DNA of 48,736 nt from Phoronis australis (Eukaryota; Animalia; Phoronida), in contig NMRA01001052.1 in the NCBI GenBank assembly GCA_002633005.1, positions 1 to 48,736 on the forward strand, written 5' to 3'. The position numbers were made by a program, and so were the translations under genes. The notes below the pieces were generated by a model that was not told where the DNA came from, made no database searches, and saw only the letters and a program-made list of their open reading frames with translations. Shown here in pieces: positions 1 to 14,060 of the stretch (positions within the stretch are counted from its first letter, which is position 1; every line of letters begins with the position of its first letter).

Positions 1-1131
1 CTCCAGGACCAAAAATAAATATCTCAAAACCAGACATTTTACTTAAGCAGGAATTAAAACAATCCAATACATTGAGAATGTTTTCACACAGAAAACCAAA
101 GAGCAAATAAAGACCAAATTCACCACGTCAAGACTAAACATTTATCACATCAGCACCTATAATTTATCCAGTGAGGACCAAAAACTCTTCACTTCAGGAT
201 CAAAATAAAATACGACCGAACTGAAAATTTAATAAGTCAGGTTCAAAAACTTACCATGTCAGTAACTTTCACGCCAGAACACCACGTCACCATCCCCAAG
301 CATTGGTCTTTCAAAGTGATACTGTCCGCACTATACTAAACAAGTCAATGTGTTCAACCTCTCGCCGACAACAGACATATTATCTTCGAAATGGGGTTGA
401 ATTTCTTTCGTCTAATCCACGTTTTACAATAGATGCCAATGTATAGGTACACACTGGATTCTCATCATTGCATAATGGGTGATCACGTAGTCTCCGGGCA
501 TGAAAAGAATTCTCTCCGGGCGTGATAAGTTTTCTAACGCAATAAATCCTGGTTGCCAATTGTTTTTGATTCTACAGAGATTTCAATTCCTGAATAGAAA
601 GTGTGTGTTCTGGATTTTTCCACTTCAGCTTTCCATTCAGGTAACTAGTGCACAGCACAGTGTTTTTGCTATCCCGTGCGGCTCCACTGCAACAAATCAC
701 TTCTGGTACAATCTTTCGTAAACGACGTTCGTATTTTGCACATTTCTTCGGGGTAACAGTTTTCCAAGAGCTATATATTCATTGGACAAGTTTCTGTTTG
801 GTAATCGGTTTTATTTTCTGTCTCAGGTAGTCCTTGAGCTCATGCTCTGAATGTTTTGAAAACGCAACTCTTTATTTACGCAGATACGTTTTCCTGCCCG
901 TGGGCACCGACTCGCTGAATTCACCAACCAAACATTTATTTTTGAAAATGCACTCAAAAGTGTAGTTAAAACACCGTGTTGATCATAGTCGTCAGTGCAG
1001 AAAAGCGAAATGAACAAATTTGTACACACTGCTCAAAGCACTTTTGTGGACATACGGAAACGCCAACGTCTCTGTCTTACAACTCTGCGTGTGCTTGGCA
1101 TTTCTGATCAAAGCGCTCTCATGCTGGAAAC

Positions 1132-1132
1132 N
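1132..1132. other. Single N, probably a collapsed assembly gap
   Basis: The N sits exactly where copy B has an extra 866 bp (4162..5027) between ...atgctggaaac and gc(t/c)gcgtttacaaaatgact. Confidence 0.75.
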
Positions 1133-1469
1133 GCTGCGTTTACAAAATGACTACAGCGTTGTATTGACCGGGAAGCAACCGATCTAATACATCTTGTTAA
1201 CGTCACGAGACAAATTAAAGATCGAATGTAAAGAAAACTTTCACGTTTTTCATCCAAAACTTGTTGCATTGTCCATAATCCAATGTTTACTATTACCGCT
1301 TGCCTTCAACCTTCGAATTAGTTGTATTACACAACCGACGTGAACTCATGTAACCGAGACAGTAAAACTAGGTTAATTTATTTGACCCTGTGCTGAGACG
1401 AATATGCATCTACACGCAAAGTGGTATCAGCCTGACAACCTATTACGCAACTGCTACTCTAGCCTAAAA

Positions 1470-1677
1470 ATAGCAGCCGACCAGCTGGTCGGCTGATGGC
1501 CGGTCGGCTGAAGGGTCGGCTGAAGGGTCGGCTGTGGAGTCGCCTTATGAGTCGGCACTGCGGGCGGCTGCCGGTCGGCTAATTTTTAGACGACCGGTCG
1601 GCAAATTAGCCGACCGGTCGACGGCTAGTCGTCGACCAATTTCCGACCGGGCGGCCATAAATTCGTGATGTATGCTG
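1470..1677. mobile_element. DNA-transposon terminus with GCCGAC/GTCGGC subterminal repeats (superfamily uncertain, CACTA/EnSpm-like architecture)
   Basis: Dense short GCCGAC/GTCGGC repeats in both orientations end in ...aattcgtgatgtatgctg|TA. The same terminus recurs at 5574 and, inverted, at 48480. Confidence 0.65.
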
Positions 1678-3019
1678 TAGGAATGCTCTAGCTTCGAAAG
1701 TTTTTTTTCCTGCGAAAGTGTCAACAATTTCAGAATGATGATGGATGATGGATGACACTATAAACCGATCACAGTCTTCCGTTTTCATGCGCCCGTGATT
1801 TAATATCGGCACTATGTTCAAGCCATTGTTCATGTTGTTCCTAAAATAAACTTGAGTTCTATTGCTGAAGCAACATATTAAGAAATTATACAGAAATAAA
1901 CAATAATTATCTGTGGTAAAGCGCAATATACAGCGTGATGAAGTGATGATCAAGAGCAATAACGGATGAGCGCAAATGCATGCTGCTTGTTGTATAATCC
2001 GCGGAAAGAAAACATTTGAGGTAGTAAAATATCCAGTGTTGTATTCTTACTTTTATGCAATTTTGCTGTAAATTTCGTGCTTGTTTTTATGCATAATGTA
2101 CTGTATAAAAAGTATCTCATCTTCGCACCAAGGCTAGAGCCTTGGCGTTTCGCATATACTCCAGGGGGTAAAACTTTAAAAATAATATTTTCGGGGTAAC
2201 CTGTTACAGGTAATCCTACAAAAATTGTCTGTGTTTTCATGTAGAGCGTAAAAATATTAACCCAGTGATTCAAAAAGAACACTCTCGCAAACGAAAACGC
2301 ACAGAATTTTCAGCTCTATTAACCTGGTTAAAAAACAACTTCTATAAGTTTATTGCATCGGATTCTAGTGATCACCAGGGCAAGTCAAAACTCTTAAGGG
2401 GGCTCAATTTCAAACCTTTGGCATGAATCAGTGACATAAAAATGGAATTAGACCGACTTTAATTCATCAGCAAGGTAGACACAACAGTTACAGATACTGA
2501 CTGCGTTTGTTAAAGTCTTGAGGCAATGATAAAAATAAATGTTTCTACTATGATTGATAAAAAGTTTTATACTGATGAGGTATGATGCAATATGCATGTC
2601 TAATATGCAGATCGGCAGTTGCAAAAATATTTACTGGATTTAATGAATCCGTTTGATATAAACCACTGCAAAAGTATAATTACTAATTGTACATTCGAAG
2701 CACGCCTCATTAGAATAAAAACATACACATGCTTGATGATCCTGGGAGTACCTCTTTACAGGCATGAATGAAGATATATAGTTGTTAAGCCATAGAGGAT
2801 AATAAGGCTTACATAATATCATACTGAGCCATCTACACCAGGCATATACAAAGGATACAGTATACACCTAGATTTATATATGAAGTTACACAGAACGCTG
2901 CTACACAACTTGCTCTCCCACATTCAATGTGGAAATAAATTTTATGGGAGGCCTAATTTGCAACATTTAACAACATATATTTTCTATACAAGTTTAAAAC
3001 CAAGCAAAACATGTTAACT

Positions 3020-5574
3020 CTCAAGGACCAAACATAAGTATCTCAAAACCAGAAATTTTACTTAAGCAGGAATTAAAACAATCCAATACATTGAGATTGT
3101 TTTCACACAGAAGACCAAAAAAAAAAACAAATAAAGACTAAAATTCACCACGTCAAGACTGAAATTTATCACACCAGCACCTATAATTTATCAAGTGAGG
3201 ACCAAAAATTCTTCACTTCAGGATCAAAATAAAATACGACCGAACTGAAAATTTAATAAGCCACGTTCAAAAACTTACCACGTCAGTAACTTTACCCGCC
3301 AGGACACCCCGTCACCATCCCCAAGCATTGATCCTTCAAAGTGATAATGTTCGTACTATATGTATAAACAAGGGCTAAATGTTCAACCTCTTGCCGACAA
3401 GACATATTATCTTGGAAATGCGGTTGAATTTCTTTCGTATAATCCACGTTTTACAATAGATGCCAACGTATAGGTACACACTGGATTGCCATCATTGCAT
3501 AATGGGTGACCACGTTGTTTCCGGGCATGAAAAGAATTCTCTCCTGGCGTGATAAGTTTTCTGACGCAATAAATCCTGGTTGTCAATTGTTTTTAATTCT
3601 ACAGAGATTTCAATTCCTGAATAGAAAATGTGCGTTCTGAATTTTTCCGCTTCAGCTTTCCATTCAGCTAACTATTGCACATCACATTGTTTTTATTATC
3701 CCGTGGCGGCTCCACTGCAACGAATCACTTCTGGTACAACCTTCTGTAAATGACGTTCGTATTTTGCACATTTCTTCGGGGTAACAGTTTTCCAAGAGCT
3801 ATATGATCAACGGACACGTTTCTGTTTGGTATTCGGTTTTATTTTCTTTTTCAGGTAGTCCTTGAGCTCATGCTCTGAAAGTTTTGAAAACGCAACTCTT
3901 TCTTTACGCAGATACGTTTTCTGCCCGTGGGCACCGACTCGGTGAATTCATCAACCAAACATTTATTTTTGAAAATGCCCTCAAATTTGTACTTTTTTAA
4001 AACACCGTGTTGACCATAGTCGTCAGTGTAGAAAAGCGAAATGATCAAATTTGTAAACACTGCTCAAAGCACTTTTGTGGACATACGGAAACGCCAACGT
4101 CTCTGTCTTACAACGCTGCTTGTGCTTGGCATTTCTGATAAAGTGTTCTCATGCTGGAAACTTTTTAAGACTGAGCACCATTTCAAAAATTGTAGTTTTT
4201 CTTACAGCTGAGCACAGAAAAATTATTTTGTGATTTTAGGACTGAAACGGAACTAAATCTCGAGTGGTGACTGATTAAAATTGGCAACACTCGGGGAGGG
4301 TGGCGTTACAAGCCAAACATGTAGTTGCCACTTCTCATTCAACGTCACCTACTACCTGAGGTGGCCAGATCATACGCTATGAATATCACCAGCCGCTTTG
4401 CTTCTCAAAAGTGCACCTTGATGTATTTTCTATCGTTTTTTGCCATCGCAATCGCTTTACCAAAGATTCACGCACATATGCCGCGTAGAGACAAATACCT
4501 CTTCACCACGTAATCACATCTTGCCGTTCACAATTGTTTTATTTTGCATAATTTGTCAATATGTTGTTGACATAAAATATTTATTTTTGGAACAACGTGA
4601 ACGACCAACTGATAGGGGCCTACGTGTATATGTAACTAGCCCAGATTTTAACGTCACCGATACATGAAAACAGAATGCGCAAAGCTACAATTAATTGGCT
4701 GTAGCCCCAACAGTGGTCATTCCGTGTTTGATGTCACCGTCTCAGTTCGTGGAAATAGTTACCATAGTATGATTTCGAAGTTACAGCCGTCGAATTCCAT
4801 GGGTTCAGGGCATACTGGACCGTGAATTTCGCGTCTGTACTGCAAGGGTCAATACTATGAAAATAAAATCCACGGAGTGAGAGCTCTTCGCGGTGTAACA
4901 ACTCACTCACTAATCCATCATCAATGGCGCTTCATAGGAGACCAGCGAATTACTTAAAACACGTAAAAATGATTCAGTTTTGCGTTACACAAACAAAATC
5001 AATTGTGGGCGAAGACTGCGAAAAACAGCCGCGTTTACAAAATGACTATACAGCGTTGTATTGACCGGGAAGCAACCGATCTAATACAATTTGTTAACGT
5101 CACGAGTCAAATTAAAGATCAAATGTAAAGAAAACTTTCACGTTTTTCATCCAAAATTTGTTGAATCGTCCATAATCCAAAGTTTACTAATGCCGCTTGC
5201 CTTCAACCTTCGAAGTAGTGGTGTTACACAACCGACGTGAACTCATGTAACCGAGACAGCAAAACTAGGTTAATTTATTTGACCCTGTGCTAAGACGAAT
5301 ATGCATCGACACGCAAAGTGGTATGAGCCTGACAACCTATTACGCAACTGCTACTCTAGCCTAAAAATAGCAGCCGACCTGCTGGTCGGCTGATGGCCGG
5401 TCGGCTAAAGGGTCGGCTGAAGGGTCGGCTGTGGGGTCGCCTTATGAGTCGGCACTGCGGGCGGCTGTCGGTCGGCTAATTTTTAGCCGACCGGACGGCA
5501 AATTTGCCTACCGGTCGACGGCTAGTCGTCGACCAATTTCCGACCGGGCGGACAAAATTTCGTTATTTGTGCTG
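3020..5574. repeat. Copy B of the duplicated segment, ending in the same transposon terminus (about 5370..5574)
   Basis: Direct alignment to 1..1677. Ends ...aatttcgttatttgtgctg|TA. Confidence 0.9.
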
Positions 5575-7565
5575 TATAACGATTTAGGAGCTAAACTTAA
5601 ACTCCACGGACAAAAAATACTGAAATCTTTGTTTATGATTGCGTGAGTTCTTTGTGTAACCCCTTTCGACAAGTACAGTACACGGTCATGACACACAGTT
5701 TCTTCAGTTAGACAGCAGTGTTTTCCACATGTGGGAATTCCTTACAAAAACCAACTCATAGCAACCATCTTCAAAAGAGATACTATTCTTGTGATAGTAC
5801 GGAGACAGTAACATCACTTCATGTCTAACCATCGTGAGTAGTCCTTTCGTGTAATTCACAAATAGTGGTCTTCACTATCTTTAAAATTCCACCCTTTCGT
5901 TGGCGACAATCCTACTGTATTTTTTCACATTTTGGTTGTTTGTGTCGAGTGGCTGTGCTGTGTCCGAATGTTTTGTTTTTTTCGAAGAGTTTGCAATCTC
6001 AACTTTCATTTTTGAATACTTGGTAGTATCGGAGTTACATGTACAGTGGGACAAAGGGATATTTCACCCAAACAGCTCCACCGAGAGAGGTTTATCGTCT
6101 GAAATGGGACACATTAAGATGAAAGGCTAAACATCATTAAGCTTAGAATAAAGAGTGACAGTGCCTTCCACCGCCGTGTACTGGTCCCAAAACGATATAG
6201 GGAGTGACTTCCTTCATCATGAAAGACGGTTGCAAGAGGCCACAAAAAACAGGAAAATAGGGGTAATCGATTCCAACATTGAGCCCTCTCTCCTTGAGCG
6301 ACTCCTTAAGTATTTGTCAATAAAAACATAAAGAGGGTTGCCACTTGAGTGTCACCAGTGGCCAAGGGCGGGGAACCTAAATATGAAAATGTCAAATATC
6401 AGGGGAATGCGTTGCAAATTTAGTGATCTGTCTGGTCATCATTTTTTTCTCAAGTGATATACAGTGTACAGTTTCGAGAAAAAAATAAAGTGAAGCGAAA
6501 GTTTTGTATTCGCAAAATTGGCTCGTTGAATTAAAAAATCCAATAAATTCGTACGTTCCGCAAAAGCTTCGCTTTCCAAATTTTCTCGATTTTTCGAAAT
6601 ATATGCATGTTTGATTTCGTGCACGTTTACAAGTGCGTTTAGAAGACCTGTGCCGCGAAAGCGGAAACCTTAACCACAATATCCTGGCCAGGGTCTTCAA
6701 AAAGTAGACCATGCACTGATACAGGGATATTAAATGTTCTCATGACTTTCCCTCTTATTTGTATTTCTTAATGTTTCATTACTCGACTGCCAGCGTCCCT
6801 ACGCCTACGTCGGTTGCCACGGTTTAACCCTGACGTCTGGAATTTTTTGGGAGGCCGTGTCCCCCCAGCTTCCTACGGCCCTGAAGTATCTCACTGACAC
6901 CCATCGCAGATCATCACATATGTTGCATGTTTTCTTGGCTCATATCCTCCCACTCCTGATTGAACACGTCATTTGTTAGAGCGAGTTCTGAACACACTTC
7001 TGCCATCCGGTTTATGTATGTCAGCTAGACACAAAAAATCATCTATGAACATTCCAGCCACATACTGGGTACTTCAGCTTGAGCTTTAGCCCTAATTACC
7101 GATTCCTCAGGGACTTAATCTACTGGTTCTTGGTCATTCACTTGCTTTGTTGAGAACTTTTCTAAGTTTGTGCAAAACCAAATGGTTAAGGGAGTTTTCC
7201 ATTTTTACTTTCAATCCCTTATTTTGAATGCCTCCGCATTGCACACCCTCTAAACAGCTGGGCCTCACCTGAATCATGATTAGTATACAACGACTTTAAG
7301 AAGACACTTATTTATATTTTATTATACTTATTTTCCTATTTACAAACAAATGGTCATACTCAATGTTCAACATAAATTTTCAATCAAGAATATTAAAAAT
7401 TTGCTTTTTAAAATGTTCACTTTGTTGCATATTGATTGGCTTCCATTGTATTGGCATGCAATTGATTTGATATCAGGTGTACTACCGGTAGTTCTGACTA
7501 TACCCCCAGACCTATATCATTTGATGGATAAAATGGGAGTTGTGAAATGAATATTGGTTATGGTT

Positions 7566-7596
<31 letters not shown>

Positions 7597-7604
7597 ACGA
7601 CTTC

Positions 7605-7638
<34 letters not shown>
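7566..7638. repeat. Interrupted (CA)n(TA)n microsatellite
   Basis: Visible dinucleotide runs separated by acgacttctac. Confidence 0.95.
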
Positions 7639-7640
<2 letters not shown>

Positions 7641-10600
7641 TTATTACATGGCGAAGTCGTTATCCCCCTTTATCTAGAGCCCAGATGGCTTCTGGAGAAT
7701 TATCGCAATGAGCTAAACAGGAAGAAACTGCACCTTACAAGAAAATAGCTAACTAAAGTGCGATTTGCATATCAATAAGGTAAATAAAAGGACCTTGGCA
7801 ATCGGCTGAAAACGACATGCTTTGGTATGGGAGAACAACAAAAGTAATGATTTGCCTCGCTCAATATTGCTAAAACCGACTGGAAATTTTACTCCATTGC
7901 ACCGCCATGAGGACGATTACTCAATGTGCAATAAGGGATTTTTAGCATGATGTCAAGTTGTAGGAACATATATATAGGATGATAATGTCAGAAAATGTAT
8001 CCTTGACACCCGAGGGGTCGTACATTCAGTATCACCTAGTCAAAGTTTCGAACCCAGTACCTCCTGCTTCGCTATGCAAACCATGCAAACCTAACCATTT
8101 TCATTTGTGGTCAATCTGCATTGAATGCAGTACCGTAATATGTAGAACTCTCTTAACCATTCCGGTACGGTTAATTGATCTTTTGTGGACTGAACAGGAC
8201 ACATGGCCTTGGAACAAAAGGAGAAGTGTTACCGGGATCGAAACTTGGACTAAGTGTTCACTACACAGTGCTCACATGTCTAACAGAAAAGAAATTCACA
8301 CAGTCGTAAACATTGAAAGTTTGTAAAGAGTCAGAAGCCACATGAATCCGAAGATGTACTGAAACCGTGAAAATATCTCGATGATTTTTGCAGAAATTTT
8401 GTCTCGTCGTTGTGATATTTGGATCAAGCAAGACAAAAGTAAAAATCGAAAAAGACAGACGAAACAAAGTTGATTTGGAATATATAGAAAATGTGTTACT
8501 TGTACTAGAAACTTCACGGAGGCCATTTGGGTATGCTAAGTTTTCAATATCAACAGAAATTAAAGTATGTAAGCGAAAATTTTAGCAAGGAGAATATGAA
8601 CATCGTGGGCGGCAAGTTACAAGTAGGACTCGTTGAAAATTGTTACGGCGTATAATGTAATATAGTAATATATTACACTGAGTTGCTAGCATGTAACGGC
8701 TTGCATTTAATGAGCTATTGAATAGAGTTACATTAACGGTGTGGGGAACAGGGTGGTTGATCTATCTCAAGTCTGGCATCAGCAACGTCTCACATTGATT
8801 TTTTTGATATAAGCAAAACAGGGTACATAGTCGGTGGGCAAGATCTCATAGCGTTCATCCTTGTGAGTATTTTGGGGGAAACCTAGTTTTTTCTACGTGG
8901 CTAGATAATATACCTATGAATCAAATTCCAAAAAGCTCCCGCGTCTACACTTGCACATTTTTAACAAAAAATGTGTTTTTGTTGCACGAAATATTATGAA
9001 CATTCCTGCCACTTGGTGGCGCTTTCCTATTGAATTGACCAATCAGAGAGCCAGATTGTATTGTTGTGCTTAGTTATTTCAATATGGCTGCTCCCATGGA
9101 GTGTGATGCCCGTATAATTCAAGGTTTATCAAACAGCACAAAATTGTGGTGCCAGAACCTGAAGAAGTTTAGAGAAGCATCCAGACGAAAGCTGATGGAC
9201 TGTGGAACTCTGTATATATGTAGATCAAAAAGAAGAAGAGGTGTCACAAGCGTTTGTGCAGAAAACAGCTGCATGTCCTGGTATAGCTTATACACAGTAT
9301 ACTGCTGTAGAAGTGTCAGACCAAAATTGAAAGGACATGGAAAGGCATAGCAACGTTTCAAGACAGCAGCAGTAGTACTAAAGCTGAAGCTCCTGAAAGT
9401 GATACAGATGTTACCCAAAATTTCCTAAGAAAGTCAGTTGGACTTCCAAAATCTGAAACACCCAATTAACCTGAACAACATAGGAACATTCTGAAACACG
9501 AGTGCATTATTTGTTAGCAGGAAAAGTATATTATGGACCACATTTCAAGAAAGAGAAAAAAGTAACAACATTATAGCTTTGAAAAACAGGTACGTATTTT
9601 TGAAAGGTACAACTTCGTGTTTTCCAAGTTTGTTTCAATGTTATCACCAGTTGTTTTTATCTTGTTCAGCCCCTTGGCTGCCTAGGCCTTACACAATACC
9701 GCTGACCCAGTAGAGACGGTGATCATGCCATAGGTACTCCATATGCCGGATGCTTTTCGGCAAATTATGCATCACACCGGTTAAACCATAAATCATGTTC
9801 ATATAAGTCTAGAAGTACCGCGTAGAAAGATGCCTCTGAGGAGGCCGTTAATGTATTCAGTTGTCCTCTCAGTATAAACAAATACTCATGCAATCCTGTT
9901 TTTCGAACTCATTTGTTCAGTTGCCATATCGACACGGCTTGCGCCAAAGGATAATCGTATGGCGTTATGCTGTTGGTGTGATTTTAAGCACTTTGAGTAA
10001 AAAATTTTTGAGAAGGTTAAATGGATAATATGGTTGCAACCAACATGCCCAAGTGGCCTTCATCCCCTGCCGTAATCCTGGGATAGGGGGAACCTCTTCT
10101 CAATTTTTCTTAACATTAATTACTTAGGTAGCTTCAATGGTAATTAAATTATAATGTTTAAGTGACCATTGTTCCCGTTGTAAATTGAGGACCATTGAAG
10201 CCTCTGTCCATTTCATCAAACATTAATTACCTTAATTGTAAAGCGATTGACTATGGTATGAGCATCTGATTTAAAAAAATAAATTTCAATCACTGCACTG
10301 GTATATCAGCTGATTTACCTTCAGTTGCATCAACTAATCTAATTATTAGATGATCAACACTTTTAGGCGACTGATATGACGGCATGTAGCTTTTTTAGGC
10401 TGGTGGTGCATCAGTTCCTGATAAGTCCGTCTGAAAAATTTGCATGCCAACTCACTAATTGTTAAATGTTAAATTAGTCTTAACTGTTCGTTTTTTTCAG
10501 TTGGAGTTGTATCGCAAGCAACAGCTCAGTCCAGGGCTCTGAATATGAAAATGAAATTCAAAGATAAAGATCTTGTTTCTTAGAAGCCAAGTAACGCAGA

Positions 10601-10945
10601 TCTTCATGCTAGGAAAATAGAAAGACAAAGATTGTGAATAGTGACAAATCGACAGTGTGTTTCTACGGTTTTGTTTGGAGTTCATTGAATCAAAGCTTCT
10701 AACACATGGGTATGTCATTTGCCTTTTTCAAAACTAAAGCAAGACTTTGAAGCTGTTCTTCAAAAAGCTGGTGTGCATATGAAGTTATTCTGACAGGCAG
10801 TCTTAAGAAACGACTGTTGAAGCTACTCACTGTTCTAGTTCGTGCCCGACTAAGAGATACGAAATTGAATTGAGGCTAGTGTACAATAATTTACTTGCTG
10901 ACTCTAATCAACTCAGCCCATTATAGCATATTTTGAATCAAACCT

Positions 10946-11281
10946 TTGCCCAAATCATACCCACCTCCAAACAAGGATTTAGTGTTTGACCCTTCATTGC
11001 ATGTGGGCCAATCGGGAGTGTGCAGTGCTGTACCCTCTCTAATCGACCATAGTTGGCTCTTTGGCGGTGGAGCTTTACAGTTAAAATGTATGGCAATGCC
11101 CGCAGCTCCATTGACAGTACTAAACAATGAATGCTGCAAGTGCAAAGAGAACTTGTGTGCTGGGAAACTGAGTTTGTGCTGCAATTCTGGGTCAAAATGT
11201 ACAGAAATATGCAGCTGTGAAAACTGTAGTAACATCAGCAACACTGACTGCATAACATTGGATAATTATTTGACAAGTTAA
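10946..11281 (+). pseudogene. C-terminal remnant of Academ transposase-associated protein with Cys8/CXC zinc finger
   Basis: PPP..D...PS..DHSW.....LQLKCMAMPAAP..VL...CCKCKENLC....LCC.SG.KCTEICSCENCSN matches the LPPT...GW...WM..P.AP...CxCK..C....CxC......CT..CxC..CxN tail of this family. The upstream sequence is stop-ridden. Confidence 0.75.
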
Positions 11282-11774
11282 CCCTAAGTAGACTTCCAAC
11301 CCCTTTATTTCGTTTTTTGTATTAAAAAGTGAATTTTATTTGTTGATTAAGTCATAGAAAGTACATACTTTGGTCATCGTCATGTATTTGTCTCATACTG
11401 CTTGATAAACGCTGTCAGAATAATCTATTTTTTATAGTCTGTGTGCACATTCACAGAGATCATTTAACTATACTGTTTTTTGTACTGTAACGTATTTCTG
11501 GTGTATTATGCGAACAAGTTATATTTTACACCATTAATCAATGATTCAGTCCATGAGGCACAAATTTTGCTCACTCTCAAATGTTTTGTTAATTTGGTTG
11601 CCAGACAATGCCAGAATAACCACCTAGTAACATTCAGAGTTGGTTTGCATTTCTGCAGGCGGTCTGATACACGTTGTATCAGAACGTGCGCAGGCCTCGC
11701 ATGTGGGCCCATTGCACTGATCACCTGGAAATATTTTTTTGCTTTATTGATATATGGTTAAAACCGAGATGAGG

Positions 11775-11880
11775 AGCTAGAAACCTGGCTCAAGGGTTTA
11801 GCAGTGTGACATGGCGGGACTTGAACCTACAACCTCGAGTAAAGAAAGCGGGCACTTATCAACCAGGCCACACCGCCTCC
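11775..11880 (-). mobile_element. tRNA-derived SINE head nested in the Academ element
   Basis: Minus strand ggaggcggtgTGGCCTGGTTGataagtg...GGTTCAAGTCCcgccatgtcac gives Pol III box A and box B, followed by a cccttgagccagg motif typical of SINE bodies. No intact cloverleaf. Confidence 0.7.
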
Positions 11881-12549
11881 TCTTAGTAAATGAATTAAAA
11901 AAACACCAAAATAAAATTGCCCCCCAAAAGTACTCACAAACACCATTTTCTAGAAGCCCTACAAATTCTGGCCCACCGCCTAATACATTGTAGTATCTCT
12001 ACGAACGTTTACTAAGAGTTGTCGTTGCATGGATGACAACTCTGGGTAAAACGACAGCTCCGTTTTGCTACTAATATTCGTCGAAAAACGCAAATGTTGT
12101 CTTAAATGTCTTTACTGTTTATGCTTGTTAGATGTTGAAAACAGAGAAACGAGCCAAGTTTTTCTATGCACTTGAGCCCTTCAATACAGATACGTTAAAA
12201 ACCCGGCTAACAAAATATGTTGCAAAGGGGAAACGAATGGTTTTTAATCAACGACTGGTACAAATGATCGGGGTTCTGGGCAGTTGGGATACGCTGTTCT
12301 GCTATTTGTTTTAAACTATCTAACGGCATTCGAAACTAGCCTTTCCGCTATGTGCTGCACCTCGGCTGTAGAATAACACATTCACCAAGACGTATTGCTT
12401 GCCGACCCTGCCCCCCCCCCTCCAAATTAGAGCTTGCGGCAATTATTTTCCGGTTCCCTATTCGGATTCTGCCACTTGTGACAAATCGAAAAAAGCGTAA
12501 AATCTCCTTCGTATCGACATACACTGTAGTCTCCACACCATACCTCATA

Positions 12550-14060
12550 AAAGAGGATCTATGTCAATGCAGTAAATTATGGATTTATCTTATATAGTTA
12601 GAGGTGATCCAAGAGCATGTTCAGTTGATATATCTTAATCTCAAGAACCCGAGCGTCAATCGTATCATTCACCAAATGGGTGAAAGTAAGACACGTAAAT
12701 TACGTGAGTAAATAAATTCGTATTTGAGGTGTAAAGTAATTATGTGCGGTTTACGATGCACTCATTGTCGGCGGACCACCGATCGTTAACGTCATCAATA
12801 TTTTTGCAGTTCCATCATAGACAAATGGATATGGGTATTGCCGGTGCGCAACAATAGATGGCGGTTGCAACACTATGACAGCAAACTCGGGGTTAGCTCT
12901 CTAGCTTTACTAAAGAGGGTAGTAAATGTAGGAAATTAAACATTTCCCTTTAGCGTAGTTAGAGGTGCTCCTAGAGTGTATTGGGTTGGTAGATGTTTAT
13001 CTTGAAAGGTCAAGCGTCACGCGAGGTCAGCAGACTACAGGTCACCAGGGGTATCAATATGCTTGCTGTTTCCTCGCCAGACAGATATCTCTACTGTCGT
13101 TGGCAATAATAGATGGCGGTAGTGGCAGTATGCCAGACTGTTAGAGTTACATGTAGATATATGCCGAGGCCGACTACATGTAACTATCCTGCATCGCTTA
13201 GTGGCTCCACCACATGGTTGGTATGTACAACGATGATGCATTAAGGGTTCACAGATTATATGTCAACAAAAAACATCAAATAGATCGGTCAGACAGGGAA
13301 CCGTTCCAAGGTATATTGTTTACTTAAGTCTAGGATTTGTCTCAACTTCCGAACTTTCTTAAAAGACGTAAGTTTGTTAAACTAAAAGCAACACACACTT
13401 AAGTCAAACACTTCGGTCAAACTTATTAAGATCGTTTTTATTTCTTAAAATTGGGAGAAATTTAAGTTTTGTCTTAGTTAACTAAGCGGAACAGAGTCCA
13501 GAGCTAGGGGCACCAACAACTGGAAAGCAAACCCGAAATTAATATGAGAACATTTTTCGTTTCACGAAATAAGAGATATTGTCGATTATTCAGTGGTCGA
13601 ATACATCACGAGTTGCTGACGTATCAGGCACGTAGGAAGCGATGGAATAGTGGGCAGGGGTGAAATCGTGACAGCTGGCACTTGATAGTCGTGAAACACG
13701 CAAAAGATAGACACTTTGAAATTGCATAACTTAAGTCTGACCGCTGATCGAAGTTCGATTCTTGTTTTTTATTACATCGGGTTTAATATTTAGAGGGCAG
13801 AGTCCTTGAAATTGGCAGTATATACATTAATGAACACACTTTTCGATGTTTTACTGTAACTATATCCTGCCAATCAATGTTGTTCTCGGAGGGTCGCACG
13901 ATGATGGGAATAGTTATAACTTAGTACAATGGGCACAAATACACAGTCTTTCATATTAGGGACCTCCTTTCAGACAGAGTCGGAAATTGCCTCTTTGCGC
14001 CCACCCATTCCCTACAAGGGGCCACTGTCAACATCTGAAGAAGGGGAGCAAAAACACTGC
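12550..14060. repeat. Old dispersed repeat; diverged inverted partner at about 46400..47330
   Basis: Blocks 12550-12650, 13105-13220 and 13935-14060 match the reverse complement of about 46840-46940, 46640-46750 and 46400-46525, in colinear inverted order. Confidence 0.7.

Larger units (their letters stand above)
1..1677. repeat. Copy A of a near-tandem duplicated segment (partner 3020..5574), ending in a DNA-transposon terminus
   Basis: 1..1131 aligns with 3020..4161 and 1133..1677 with 5028..5574 at high identity (roughly 90% or more by eye). The first ~300 bp contain reiterated (a/c)ggaccaaaa-like motifs. The copy is truncated by the window start. Confidence 0.9.
8828..11982 (+). mobile_element. 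Decayed, internally deleted Academ (AcademX-type) DNA transposon
   Basis: Degenerate TIRs: left TAGtcggtgggcaaga...ttgtgagtattttggggg (8828..8878) versus the reverse complement of the right end TAGgcggtgggccaga...ttgtgagtacttttggggg (about 11919..11982). Flanks are aca / ata (possible diverged 3-bp TSD). An internal Cys8 zinc-finger remnant is present. TAG termini plus XPG-nuclease/Cys8 protein are established Academ features. Confidence 0.65.

Noticed and set aside
1470-1660. Palindromic short repeats resembling a CRISPR array or REP elements
   Set aside because: No constant repeat-spacer periodicity, eukaryotic context, and the repeats sit at a recurring transposon terminus.
11805-11880. 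Possible tRNA gene
   Set aside because: Box A and box B are present but the stems are imperfect and a SINE body motif follows. Annotated as a SINE.
13295-13500. Possible Harbinger-type MITE with cttaag repeats (similar at about 15625-15765)
   Set aside because: The terminal inverted repeats are too degenerate and there is no clear TSD.
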